Origin: Rebecca billardiae RCC1528
Taxonomy: Eukaryota > Protista > Haptophyta
Assembly (NCBI GenBank): GCA_965240325.2
Contig: OZ251237.1
Span: 1,364,001 to 1,428,000, forward strand
DNA length: 64,000 nucleotides
Direction of reading: 5' to 3'
Below the pieces are notes generated by a model, which was not told the origin of the DNA, made no database searches, and saw only the letters and a program-made list of their open reading frames with translations. This document shows, piece after piece, positions 35,400 to 46,007 of this stretch. The position numbers and the translations under genes were made by a program. The stretch's first letter is position 1. Each line of letters starts with the position of its first letter.

Positions 35400-36813
35400 G
35401 GTTTGACGGAATGACGGGCAGGATGACGAATAACAATGCGACACACAGATGATGGTGAGCTACCTGACTCACTGACGAATAATAACGCGACAGCATCTCC
35501 TCCTGCCGCCAGCTGAAATCGTGTGTCGCGAGGATGCCGATGTCCGCTCCGGGCACGATGGGCTCGGCGAAGGTCGCGTCGGCGTCGTGCACGGCCGCCA
35601 CGCTGCGCAACAACGCGTCCAGGTCCAAGCGCTCGTCGGCGCTCGCCGCTTCGCGCGACAGGTCCGGCACCCGCACGTTCGGCGGTATCAGGAGCTGTCG
35701 GCGGTGCGCGCGCGCGCAGTGCGAGAGCGTGTGCCACTCGCGATCGAGGGTGGGCACGCGCTGCTCGAGCAGGCACAGGAAGCGCAGCGCATGTGCCACT
35801 GGCTTCACGACGTCGGCCTCGTCCCGCAGCGCTCGTGACATGGTGGAGGATGGGGCGACAATGTTGCACGCTCGGCGTTTCAGCTCGTGGCGGATGCGCC
35901 TCTGGGATCGGTCATACTGTAGCGCTGTGCGACGAGGGCCGCCGACTCGCCAAGACGCGGTTCCTGCCACGGCGACAGACACGGCAGCTGCGTTCGCTGC
36001 GCCTCGTACGCCGCTTTGCGCTGCGCCTCCGTCGCATTGGTCACCGTCGACGCCATGCTGAAGGCCGGACGTGGGCTTTCGGCTGTGAGGGACCGCGAGC
36101 GCCGAGCGATCTTTGGCCGCGATCGCGCGGCCCTTCGGCTTGGCCGGGAACTGGTACAGCTGTAGCAAACGGATTCGCATGCGCCCGGCTTTGAGAAGTT
36201 GTGGCACGCGACAGTCTTCCGGTGCGCCGTTTCCGGCGATCGAGTTCAGAAGGCCGCGCCAAAGCTTGCGTCGCGTGCGATGGCGCTTCCCGCCCGCGAG
36301 ACGCCTCGTGATGAGGGCCTTTCCGCACCGAGCCCGACGCGCGACGGTGGATCGCGCGAGGTGGTTGTCGTGCGCAGCGCTTAATACCATGGCTCGTGCG
36401 AGCGCTCGACGTGCAAGTCGGGCGAGGACCGCCCCAGGTCGCACGATCGTGTCGACGCGCCGAGCGTACTTCCAAACTGGTCGACTTTGGCCCCCGTTCG
36501 ACCTGCACGCGAGACGACGAGGGCAGCAATCGCGAATCGGGCGAAAACCCCCCTCGAGAGTCCTCTCACGATGTCCCCGCCGGCGTTGGATTTGGCGCGC
36601 GCTGCCCACGCGCTCCGCGCCATGCGTCTGATGTTTTCGGCCGAGCGTCTCCAGTGGGAGCTGCGAGGGCGCCCGGTAGTGAGCGAAGCGACCCGGCAGC
36701 GAGGGAGGCGATTTTCTTTTCTTTGCGAGGCGATTTTCTTTTTTCCTTTTCTTTTTCTTATCTTTTTCCCGGGCACTACAAGGGGCGGACCTACGGCCCG
36801 CCATACCAGCACC
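35400..36813. repeat. Dispersed repeat / TE remnant, copy 2 of the family at 1-1144 (left boundary uncertain)
   Basis: Colinear with 1-1144 from about 35670. The minus strand holds a globular-looking peptide (DEADVVKPVAHALRFLCLLEQRVPTLDREWHTL...). Confidence 0.75.
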
Positions 36814-38574
36814 CTATGGGGGTTGAAAGAGATCGTACCTGTGCAAATACAAGAATTGATTGCCACCCGCATTGACGTCGCGCATCCGAGTAAGCTAGAG
36901 TGACCAAGAGTGACCCGTTGCACGGGTGAGTAACCGTGAGCGTATGAAAAAACGACATGCGTATGAAATGTCGGTTTTGTCACTCGCGCTGCCGCATGGC
37001 TGACGCCCGCGCCGATCCGAGCGGAATGGGGCATTGCGAAGCCGATTCGCAATGCCCCAATCCAATCGGCATGTCAATCGACCCAACCGTCGCTGAGAAC
37101 GAACGACAAACTCAAGGCAGGTGCCCACCAAGCGACGCCGCCCGCGCGCCGGCAGCGTGAACGCGCGGTCGCGCAGAGGTGGCCAATGCAGAAGGCATCA
37201 GCCAATGCTCCTGCCTTCGGCAAGCGCGCCACCTCAGCGTCAGCATCGGGTGGGACCGTGACGATATATGCCCTGGATGCGGCTCCAGCCAAACGCCCTC
37301 GACACGGGGAGCCGCCATCGGCAGCGAGCGCGCCACGGATACATACACGTGCTGTCCTCTTGAACGAGGATTCAGGAGACGAGGCGCCGGCGGCTCGGCC
37401 CGCGATGCGCAGGCAGGCTGGAGTGGCTCACGCTGCGATCGCGTGTACGGGTACAGAAGGCGTGCGCACGCAACCACACCGCCTACGTGAAGCGCGTGGG
37501 CAAGCTGCTGAAGCTCTCACGATGCGTGCGCGCCTTACTTCTCACCTCTGCGCTCGCCGACCGCTGCCTTCCGCGCGGCAGACAGGGGACACCTGCCACC
37601 TGGCGCGCACGACGCAGCGTGTAACGCAGAAGGTGGTAGATCCACTGCCACGCTCCCGCTGCCGCTGCTGCCGGCGGCAGCGGTATGCCCGAGGCGGCGA
37701 CGGTGACTATCACTGCCAAAGTGTCGTTTTTTCGGCGCTCATACGCGTGCAACTGGTCGAGTATATCACTCAATATCAGCGTGGCGGGAACGCCGGTTCG
37801 GGCTACCCGCGCAATGACATCTCGCGTGTATATATGAATCAAGGGTAATCAAGGGGCTTAAACCCGCCACTGAGAAGCTGACGGTTCATGACTTCATATG
37901 CCGGCATAATACTTTAATTCAAGCGACATAAAAGCCGACCCAACTTCTCTTTTCTATGGTTGGCAAGCTGTTTCAGGCTCTTACAATTCAGGCATCTTAC
38001 TATGACGGAATGTTCGAACACACGGCTGGTGTTATGTGCTATTCCACCCTGCATTCCCCTAAGTGAAACAATCGTTAAAATTAGCATCTACTACAAACGC
38101 AATCATTGGCAGCGATATCCATGCTCATACGCTAGGCCACCTACCGAAAAAAACCCAAATAATCCTGCGCGCATCCTCTTTTTGATTTTGCGGAGCACGT
38201 GCGCCGCCCCCCCCGGCTTTCGCTCACGCTCAGACCTTTCGGGGGGGCCGTGCGCCATGACTCCATATAGTCCATCATCATATGGAGTCCGCCGTGGGAC
38301 TCCATGCCCCCTAATCCGCCCTATGGGCATGATGCGGGTCCATGATGCCCGATTGGGGCCTGGTCCATGGCTGCCGACTAGTGCCGAGGCGCCCGGCCCC
38401 GTGAGCCCGATGCGGCTGGCACAGCGCTGCGGTCCCAATTATAAAGACTGAGCGCCAATAAAGTTCTTTGACTTTTGAGTTTTGTCGCGTACGTTATACG
38501 ACGCTACTTATTGTCTGATGACTTGAGTCTTGACTCATCAGATTCAGATGATGTCGTGATATGATCTCATGGAG

Positions 38575-41262
38575 TCATGCCGTCGCCTCGCGAGCGGCAG
38601 GCTCGGCGGCGTCGCGGTCGCGGTACGCACCATCGCTCCAACCCCTCTCGGGCTGCCTGAGGTACCACGGCCCATCGGATCCCGCCGGCGCGAACTCGAC
38701 GTGCTGCGTCAGCAGTGCCGCCGTGAGCTCGCGGCGCGCCTCGTTGCTGCGCAGCGCGTCGTTCACATTGGGGGTCTCGATCGCGGCGCCTTCCGTCGGG
38801 GCGTACACGAGGTCGTGGCAGAAGAGCGGGGGCTGGTCCACGCGCTGCATGCGCAGCTCGTCCAGCCGCTCGCACGCCCTGTGGGGGCCGACCTTTGGGT
38901 GGTACGGCAGGAGCACGCCGGTATAGTCCTCCGGATCCGCCCCGCGCACGTCGGCCGCGTTGCCCAGCGACCCGGCGCACAGCGCCGTCGGCGGGTGCGA
39001 CGGCGGCGTCGGCTCCTTCCACACGTGCTCGAAGTGCGCGCCGTGTTTGTACTCCTCTTTGCGCCACACCTCGCGCCACTCCTCGAACTGGTCCAGGTTG
39101 ATGAGCCATGCGCGCCCGACGATGACGGCGGAGGAGTGCCCCTGGGCCCCGTGCGACCCGGCGAGCTCCGACGCGCTCAGCGGCACGTGCGCCGCGGCCG
39201 CCATCGCCTCGTGCAGCCCCTCCGGCAGCTCCGCGTTGCGCTCGTCCTGCCGGCGGAACATGGCGCGCAGCGTGGCCTTGGTGCCGAGCGAGCAGAGCAC
39301 CAGCAGCTTGGGCAGCCGCGTGAGCTCGGCGTCCTCCACGACGAGCGTCGGGAGCGGCTGCCCCGGCGAGAAGCTCAGCGTGAGCTCGCGCAGCCGGCCG
39401 CCCACGCGCGCGAAGCACCCCTCGAGCCAGCGCCGGTCGAGGCGGCTCGGCTCGAAGCCGGGCAGCGCGATCGCGAAGCCGCGCCGCGCGTACTTGGCCA
39501 TGCGCGTTTCGTACATGGGCGAGCCGAGCTCGGGGTCGGCGATGAGCACGCCGCTCACGAGCGCGCGGCGCGCCGCGAGGGTCGCGAGCACGCGCGCGCC
39601 GTCGACCGCGAGCTGGCACGCGTCCACGTCGAAGCTGAAGAGCACCTCGCCGGGGGAGCAGTGGCGGCGCAGCACGAGCTGCACGGAGCGCTTCGGGTGG
39701 CCGGCAAAGAACGTGACGGTGAAGCGCGAGCGCACGACCAGCAGCGCGGTGTGGCGCCGAAGCTCGCGCTCGCACTCGGCGACGCGGTCCGTCGAGGCGC
39801 TCACGCCGCCGCGCGCGCTGTCCAGCGCCCGCTGTGCTGCGATCACCGCCTCGGCGTCGGGGCCGTCGCGCACCGCGGCCAGGGCCGCTTGCGCCGCGGC
39901 GAGCGCAGCGCGCGAGGCCTCGAGCTGCGCGCGCGCCTCATCCAGCGCGCGCCCCGCCAGCAGCGCCTCCGGCGTGCGGGCGAGCGCGCGCACGACGTGC
40001 GCGCGGAGCCGCGCGTACGCCTTGCGCGCGCGCTGCTCGTCGTCCGTCGTGATGAACAGGTCGACGATGTCCGCGCTCGGGTCGACGTCCTGCCACTCCT
40101 GGGGCGTGGACGCGGCCGCGTGCAGACCGATCAGCACCGAGCCGCCCGCCACGAGCAGGTCGGTCATGTCGAGCCCCGTGAGCAGGCCGAAGCCGGCGAG
40201 CTCGTCGAGGCGCCTGCGCATCGCCGCCGCGTCCGCGCAGCGCGGCCGCTCGCCGGCGCGCTGCGGCAGCAGCCGCGGACTCCCGCCATCCTCCGCGAGC
40301 GCGCCCCAGTTGCGGCTTAAGAGCAGCGGCGCGGCGGGCGAGGTGGGCACGCCGTCGAACGCGAACGCCTCGCGGGAGGCGAACACGTCGAGCAGCGCCG
40401 CGTCGGCGCGCTCTGCCGCGCCCGGCGCGCCCGCGCGCAGCACCGCCCGGAGCATCGCCGCGCGCGCGCGCTCGTCGCGGTCCCTCGCCGAGAGCGCCAC
40501 GAGCATGGCGGGCGTGCTCGCGTCGGGGCGCGAGAACGCCTGAAGCTCGAGCACGAGCTCGGAGAGCCCGTAGAACTCCGCCTCGAGGAGCAGGTTGTCG
40601 CGCTGCTGCCGGCTGAGCGAGTCCAGCGCCAGCGAGCCGCGCAGGTACTTGAGCACGAGCGCGAACACCTCGCCGTCGCGGTCGATGAAGAGCCGGTTGG
40701 AGTGGTCGCGCTGCGCGCCAGCCACGCCCGACGTGTCGTCGAGGACGCGGCGGAAGAAGCTCGAGGCCGACGACTTGGGCGAGAGCAGGGTCGCGCGCGT
40801 GGTGTCAAAGTGCCGCCCGCCCACGTTGAGCAGCACGATGTCACTGCGAGCGAGCACATCGCTGCCGCGCGCGTCGCGCAGCGCGTCGGCCAGCCCGGCC
40901 AGCCCGTAGTGCCGCGCCGCAGCCAGGAGGTCGACGCGCTGCTGCTCGCTCAGCGACTCGAGCGCGAGGTCCCCGCGCAGGTGGCGCCGCACGAGCTCAA
41001 ACACGTCGCCGTCATGGTACATGATGATGCGCCCGTCCGCGTCGCGCGCGACGCTGCCGCTGTCGCCGCCGGGCGCGAGCAGGCGCGCGAACAGCGGCGC
41101 GCGGAGCAGCGTCGGCCGAGCCACGTCGTAGCATCGACCCCCCACGTGGGACCAAGGGGTGGTACCTCCCGGGTTCGAGCTGCACGGACAGCACGGTTGC
41201 CGCCGCGCCAGCCGCCGCGCGCTGTTGCATGCATGCGCAGGGGCGTTCCTCGCATCGGTCAT
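38575..41262 (-). CDS. Tandem KCTD-type BTB/POZ domains plus a C-terminal pol-beta-like nucleotidyltransferase-fold domain
   Basis: BTB1 HVGGRCY...HDGDVFELVRRHLRG...ARHYGL. BTB2 LNVGGRHFDTTRATL...FIDRDGEVFALVLKYLRG...EAEFYGL. Then VAGGSV...DIVDLFI, TVTF..VQLVLR..EVLFSFDVDAC, YETRMAKYARRGF. Start uncertain (the ORF runs to 41466, into a MITE). Confidence 0.75.
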   Translation of the reverse strand: MTDARNAPAHACNSARRLARRQPCCPCSSNPGGTTPWSHVGGRCYDVARPTLLRAPLFARLLAPGGDSGSVARDADGRIIMYHDGDVFELVRRHLRGDLALESLSEQQRVDLLAAARHYGLAGLADALRDARGSDVLARSDIVLLNVGGRHFDTTRATLLSPKSSASSFFRRVLDDTSGVAGAQRDHSNRLFIDRDGEVFALVLKYLRGSLALDSLSRQQRDNLLLEAEFYGLSELVLELQAFSRPDASTPAMLVALSARDRDERARAAMLRAVLRAGAPGAAERADAALLDVFASREAFAFDGVPTSPAAPLLLSRNWGALAEDGGSPRLLPQRAGERPRCADAAAMRRRLDELAGFGLLTGLDMTDLLVAGGSVLIGLHAAASTPQEWQDVDPSADIVDLFITTDDEQRARKAYARLRAHVVRALARTPEALLAGRALDEARAQLEASRAALAAAQAALAAVRDGPDAEAVIAAQRALDSARGGVSASTDRVAECERELRRHTALLVVRSRFTVTFFAGHPKRSVQLVLRRHCSPGEVLFSFDVDACQLAVDGARVLATLAARRALVSGVLIADPELGSPMYETRMAKYARRGFAIALPGFEPSRLDRRWLEGCFARVGGRLRELTLSFSPGQPLPTLVVEDAELTRLPKLLVLCSLGTKATLRAMFRRQDERNAELPEGLHEAMAAAAHVPLSASELAGSHGAQGHSSAVIVGRAWLINLDQFEEWREVWRKEEYKHGAHFEHVWKEPTPPSHPPTALCAGSLGNAADVRGADPEDYTGVLLPYHPKVGPHRACERLDELRMQRVDQPPLFCHDLVYAPTEGAAIETPNVNDALRSNEARRELTAALLTQHVEFAPAGSDGPWYLRQPERGWSDGAYRDRDAAEPAAREATA

Positions 41263-41896
41263 ACAGGGGGGTCCAGATGAAGTTGGGGAGTTTTGAAGGG
41301 AAGCCATGGCGGGCGTGAATGGCCGTCCCACCGCGATCCAAGGCGCGAGTGCAACGTCCGGGACAGGGGGGCGTTGCACTCGCCGGTCGGCGTCGCCGTA
41401 CGAGCGCGCGTGCGTGAGTGACAGCTTCCCTTCCGACTTTTCGACCACTCTCACGTCCACGTCCACGTCATCGTGTGACCGGCGCGCGCGAGACTGCGCA
41501 TGGGAAGGATGGGCAAGTAGTGGGCAGGATCACCCTTCTGATGGCTGTGTTGACCTCTGGGGCATGCCAGGCGAGGGTGCAGACCTATCAATGTTCTGCC
41601 TGACCCCACAAGTCGTGAGTCTGACGATCAATGTTGGCTACGCGGTAGTCGTGCGACCGCCGTCCGACACGGCTGCCATGCGATTACGCGTGGCGTGTGC
41701 GCGCCTGTCAACGGCGGGGTGATCAACGACCGGCATGGCTAGCAAGCTGGTCAGTGATAGCAGCAGCCTTCTCTGGGACCACGCCGCGCGATTTGGCGAC
41801 CTCGCCACGGCTCAATGCCCGTCCAGAGGCACGGACGTGCCGCACTACCTGGCCAGCCACCATCGAAGTACCCGCCACCATCTGGACCCCCCTGTA
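41262..41896. mobile_element. Tc1/mariner-type MITE, 631 bp, TA target duplication
   Basis: TA (41262-63) plus perfect 16-bp TIR CAGGGGGGTCCAGATG (41264-79). Reverse complement at 41879-94 plus TA (41895-96). Degenerate TIR copy at about 24128-24153. Confidence 0.8.
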
Positions 41897-42702
41897 CGCC
41901 AAATTGAACCGTCTTCCTATTGGAACGGGCTTCGTCCATTTGAAGCGGGTACATTGAATACGGAAAAAGGCAAAGCCCCCCCAGGGGGGGCTTTGCTTTT
42001 CGGGAGCGTGTGGCAGGATCCCGGGAACGCCCTTGGGGTCCAGACGCCCACAGCACCTGGCGTCCGGGCGACGACATCATCCGCACCAGCTGCTGACCAA
42101 GTAGGGGACGGCCTGGCCGACGCCAACATGCTCACTCGCCTTTGATTTCGTACCCATGCACTTCCTGGTGGGCCTGACGACGTCCGGACGACGACAACAA
42201 CGACATCCGCCATGGGGACCAACATCAACGCGCTCACACCACTGCCACTGCTGCAAGCTTCGACCAGTACCACTACAGACGAATCAGGAGAGCTGCGCCC
42301 TCGTGCCTGTGTCTTTAAATCATAGAATTGGTCCGGATGGGCCGCCGCGCCGCGCGCGGCCACCGCCAGAGGCACTGATGACAGGCCTTATGACTCAAAC
42401 GGTAACGGTGGGTGGTCTAGCAGTGTCAGTGATCAAGCAAGGGCGGTGATCAAGAGTCGCATCGGTAACAACGTGCGTGCGCCAAATGTCTGTGACCCAA
42501 GCTCGATTGTGGCCCGGCTGGCATCGGCGTGTGCATGCGAGCCGCCCCACCGAGCTTGACCGGGGCGGCTCAGCCGCGGGCGATCGGGCCTTTGCAAACC
42601 CGGTACTCCGTCATCACAGCGGCACACTACCCGGAGCCTTGGTCGCCAGCTTGGAGCGATCGCCGTGTAGGCTCCCGGAATGCTCGCGCGGCTCCCGCAT
42701 GC

Positions 42703-43338
42703 TCAGTCGTCCATGCCGCAGCCGTCCATCGCCTCGTTCTGCTCGCACGGGTCGTACGGCTTGTACCGGTCACCGCCCGGGTACGCGATGCACTTGAGGC
42801 TCTCAAACCTGAGCTCGCCTAGTTCGGGGCGCGAGTCGGTGACGGCGAAGATGAAGTCGAAGGTGCTCGTGCCGGGCTCGACCGCCGGGATCATGGCGAA
42901 CTGCCCCGCGTCCGTCCGCCCATCCGGGTTGTTGGCGACCACGGAGTTGTTCTCCGTGTTGAAGACGCGCCCAAAGACGGCCGCGTCCTTGACGACCGTC
43001 TTGGAGGGGTTGGTGCCGGTGACGGTCACGCGCACGCAGCGCTGCTTGACGCCCTTCGATGCAGCCGCACCGATCGAGCCGCCGATCCGCCCGGCGGCGA
43101 GCTCCGGCGGGCACGTGATCTCCTCGTACTTCTCCAACGCGAGATCGATGTTGGTTGGACCAAGCGCGTGCGAGGGCAGGGAGGGCAGCAGCGCTGACGA
43201 GCCGAGGGCGACGCCGACCGTCCGGACCAAATCGCGGCGAGTGCTCACTGCGGACGTGTGCAGCGCGCTCGACGCCGCCGTCGGACGAGCCGACGTCGAC
43301 GCCAGCGCGAGGCAAGTCACGGCGATCATCACCGTCAT
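42703..43338 (-). CDS. Probable thylakoid-lumen protein (signal peptide plus twin-Arg transfer signal), unknown function
   Basis: MTVMIAVTCLALASTSA, then STRRDLV, a hydrophobic stretch and an SHA cleavage motif, followed by a compact beta-rich domain with Cys residues. Confidence 0.7.
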   Translation of the reverse strand: MTVMIAVTCLALASTSARPTAASSALHTSAVSTRRDLVRTVGVALGSSALLPSLPSHALGPTNIDLALEKYEEITCPPELAAGRIGGSIGAAASKGVKQRCVRVTVTGTNPSKTVVKDAAVFGRVFNTENNSVVANNPDGRTDAGQFAMIPAVEPGTSTFDFIFAVTDSRPELGELRFESLKCIAYPGGDRYKPYDPCEQNEAMDGCGMDD

Positions 43339-43493
43339 CGTCTTGATGATGGGCAGGCGCGCGCCGGCTCTTTGCGCTGACGAAATGCAAGCGATGGAGG
43401 TTGGTCACTTGAAGTCCGGGCGCCCACGCTTGGGCGCGTCCGGCCGACTACCCAACACAAACACGACGTTACGACACTCGAACACGGTTTCAT

Positions 43494-44399
43494 GTGCTCA
43501 TTGAACAAGTAGCCGACAGTATCGCGGAGGGCGAGGCGCGTCTGTCGCTGGGGCGGCGTCCCACCGCGGGGGCGCCCCACACGGTCACCATGCGCTCGGT
43601 GGTGCTCGATGCGATGGCCCGGCAGGACAACGCGGATGCGGAACGTCTCGAGACGTATATGCGAGCGATCAGGAGCCGTGTCGACGTGGGCGCCTGGGCT
43701 CGCTTCCTCAACCGGCCGATCGAAGTGAGCCGCCCACAGATTCGCCGGGCAGCCCACGCGCCTGGCGAGGCCGGGGTCCCAGCCGGGCAGATGGGAATGA
43801 GCGCCGCGGCGCTCGCGACGCATCTGAAGAGCCCCTCGCAGCTGATCGAGGACGAGCTCGTCCGGCTGAACGACGCCTCCGAGTACGACCCGGTCGCCGC
43901 GCTCGGCCGTTGGCAATTGCTCGAGCTCGGCCGGTCGCCTGCAGCCAGGCAATCGGCGAAGTTCCAGCCGTTCGTCAAGCAAGCACGGCCATATACAACG
44001 CTCTCCAGCGCTCGACGACCGCTGCCGGCCGTGCCCATCCCCGCTTTACAGTGCGTCTGGCGCGCGCGCCACGCGTCTGCGCCGCGCATGTTTTGCCGCA
44101 TCTCACCTCAGCGATGCCCGCGCGACGCGTCTTGCGACTGCAGGCAGCGCGTCTTGGCCGCCCCGCCCGTGCTGGCCTTCATCACACCCGATGCTTCGCC
44201 GCGAGAGGGCGACGACGAGCCCTCGTCCGCGCGGCAAAGCCGCGCAGACCTGACCAACTTTGACCGAAAACACGCCGAATCGTGGAGGTCGACGACGCCC
44301 CGTCGCCTCTGGTCCGGCTCCGAGCAGCGCACGCCTCCATCACCGCAATCGCCGTTCAGTGGGGTGAGCGGCGGTGGTTTCTCCGGCCGCAGCTACTGA
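43494..44399 (+). CDS. Hypothetical protein (3' part may be spliced)
   Basis: Helical protein-like composition in the first about 165 aa; divergent from the lumen-protein gene. Confidence 0.4.
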   Translation: MLIEQVADSIAEGEARLSLGRRPTAGAPHTVTMRSVVLDAMARQDNADAERLETYMRAIRSRVDVGAWARFLNRPIEVSRPQIRRAAHAPGEAGVPAGQMGMSAAALATHLKSPSQLIEDELVRLNDASEYDPVAALGRWQLLELGRSPAARQSAKFQPFVKQARPYTTLSSARRPLPAVPIPALQCVWRARHASAPRMFCRISPQRCPRDASCDCRQRVLAAPPVLAFITPDASPREGDDEPSSARQSRADLTNFDRKHAESWRSTTPRRLWSGSEQRTPPSPQSPFSGVSGGGFSGRSY

Positions 44400-44886
44400 T
44401 TGGCTCATGGCTCGACGCGGCTCACAAGGCGCTGCTGGCGCCGTCACTTCGAGTGACACTGATCTGACAGCTACGGCCTGCGGAGAGTACGGGCCTGAAG
44501 CAGCCCCGGCCGGCCGGCCGCGAGTGAGTCGAGTGACCGGTTTTCAGATGCTCCATACTATGGCTGCGAGCCTGGCCCAACCGCCCCGATGATGCCTGCT
44601 GGATCGATGCGCGGCCAATCGATTCGCGCCGCAGCATGGACGATCGAAATAAATATTACAAGCTATTTAATTTAATAAGTGCAATTAAATCATATCGATC
44701 ATTAATTAGCCGACCGTGCGCTGTCGTCTTCAGTCTGAATAGAATTAGCAGATGAGACCGAATCTCTTAAGTAGTCCGCCTCTTATAGTAAGATTCTTAT
44801 AGCAGTACAACTACTGATGAGGCCGAAAGAACGCGTGTTATATTGCGTCGTCACTCAGAGTCTGTCTAGTCTTACTTGTGGCCCGC

Positions 44887-45747
44887 TCACTTACGAGGCC
44901 GAGACAACGTGTTCTGAGACTGTGAAAAGCGAACCATTTCCATGCCAGGCAGCTTGTGCGACTCGGGCACACCGGCGTCGCGGCGTGCGTCACCCGGCAT
45001 GCCAAATGACGGCTGCTTCGCACAGCCGGCCTCGTCGCACGTGCTGCTCTTCACGTGGACCATGTCGGGCAGCTTGTGCGCGGCGCACCGGCGGGGGCGT
45101 GCATCACCCAGAATGCCGAATGACGGCTGCTTCACACAGCCGGCCTCGTCGCACGTGTGGCTCACCACCTTGACCATACCAGGCAGCTTGTGCGCAGCGC
45201 ATCGGCAGGGGCGTGCGTCACCCGGCATGCCGAATGACTGTCGCTTCACACAGCCGCCCTCCTCACACGTGCTGTTGAGCACGTTGACCATGCCGGGCAG
45301 CTTGTGCTCGGCACACCGGCGTCGGCGTGCGTCACCCGGCATGCCGAATGCAGGCTGCTTCACACACCCGGCCTCGTCGCACGTGCGGTCCCTCACGTTG
45401 ACCATGCCATGCAGCTTGTGCTCGGCGCACCGGCAGGGGCGTGCGTCATCCGGCATGCCGAATGCAGGCTGCTTCACATAGCAGGCCTCGTCGCACGTCC
45501 TGCTGTTCAAGTTGACCATGCCGGGCAGCTTGTGCGCAGCGCACCGGCAGGGGCGTGCGTCACCCGGCATGCCAACTGTCGCTCGCCTCTCGCAGTCCGC
45601 ATCAACGCAGGTGCTTATGAGCATGTTGACCATGCCAGGCAGCCTGTGAGCAGCGCACCGACTCGGGCATGCATCACCCGGCATGCCAAAGGAGGGCCGT
45701 TTCTCGCAGCCGGCCTCATCGCAAGCGCGGCTGGTTGCGTCAGCCAT
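44887..45747 (-). CDS. EsV-1-7-type Cys/His repeat protein (7 x 38 aa)
   Basis: Tandem TCDEAGCVKQPSFGMPGDARPCRCAAHKLPGMVNV units (C-x4-C-x16-C-x2-H), 114-bp DNA period; the last repeat is degenerate. Confidence 0.85.
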   Translation of the reverse strand: MADATSRACDEAGCEKRPSFGMPGDACPSRCAAHRLPGMVNMLISTCVDADCERRATVGMPGDARPCRCAAHKLPGMVNLNSRTCDEACYVKQPAFGMPDDARPCRCAEHKLHGMVNVRDRTCDEAGCVKQPAFGMPGDARRRRCAEHKLPGMVNVLNSTCEEGGCVKRQSFGMPGDARPCRCAAHKLPGMVKVVSHTCDEAGCVKQPSFGILGDARPRRCAAHKLPDMVHVKSSTCDEAGCAKQPSFGMPGDARRDAGVPESHKLPGMEMVRFSQSQNTLSRPRK

Positions 45748-46007
45748 GGCGTGTAGCGTGCGCGCAGCGTGGCGCTTGAGCAGCGCGTGGAGCACAACGA
45801 GCAGCTGTGGCCGCGAGGGCGCCGCCGTCACTATCGGCGGGCGTGTACCTGGTAGCGCAAGATTGCCGGCGATGATTGTTGCCGAGCGGGAGGGCCCGAC
45901 CGAGTGGCTACCATAGAGACTGGAGAGTGGACGGAAGCACTCCCCTTGCCAGTGCGGGAGCACTGACGAATCACCGGGCGCTGATTCGAAGCCACCGTTG
46001 GCACACG

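Noticed and set aside
36774-36786. CACTA transposon terminus (CACTACAAG)
   Set aside because: No matching inverted end or 3-bp duplication found, and homology between the two copies continues on both sides.
36814-38560. Genes in short ORFs, and GACTCCAT/ATGGAGTC repeats near 38250-38310
   Set aside because: No recognisable domains; probably TE-derived or intergenic, but boundaries could not be defined.
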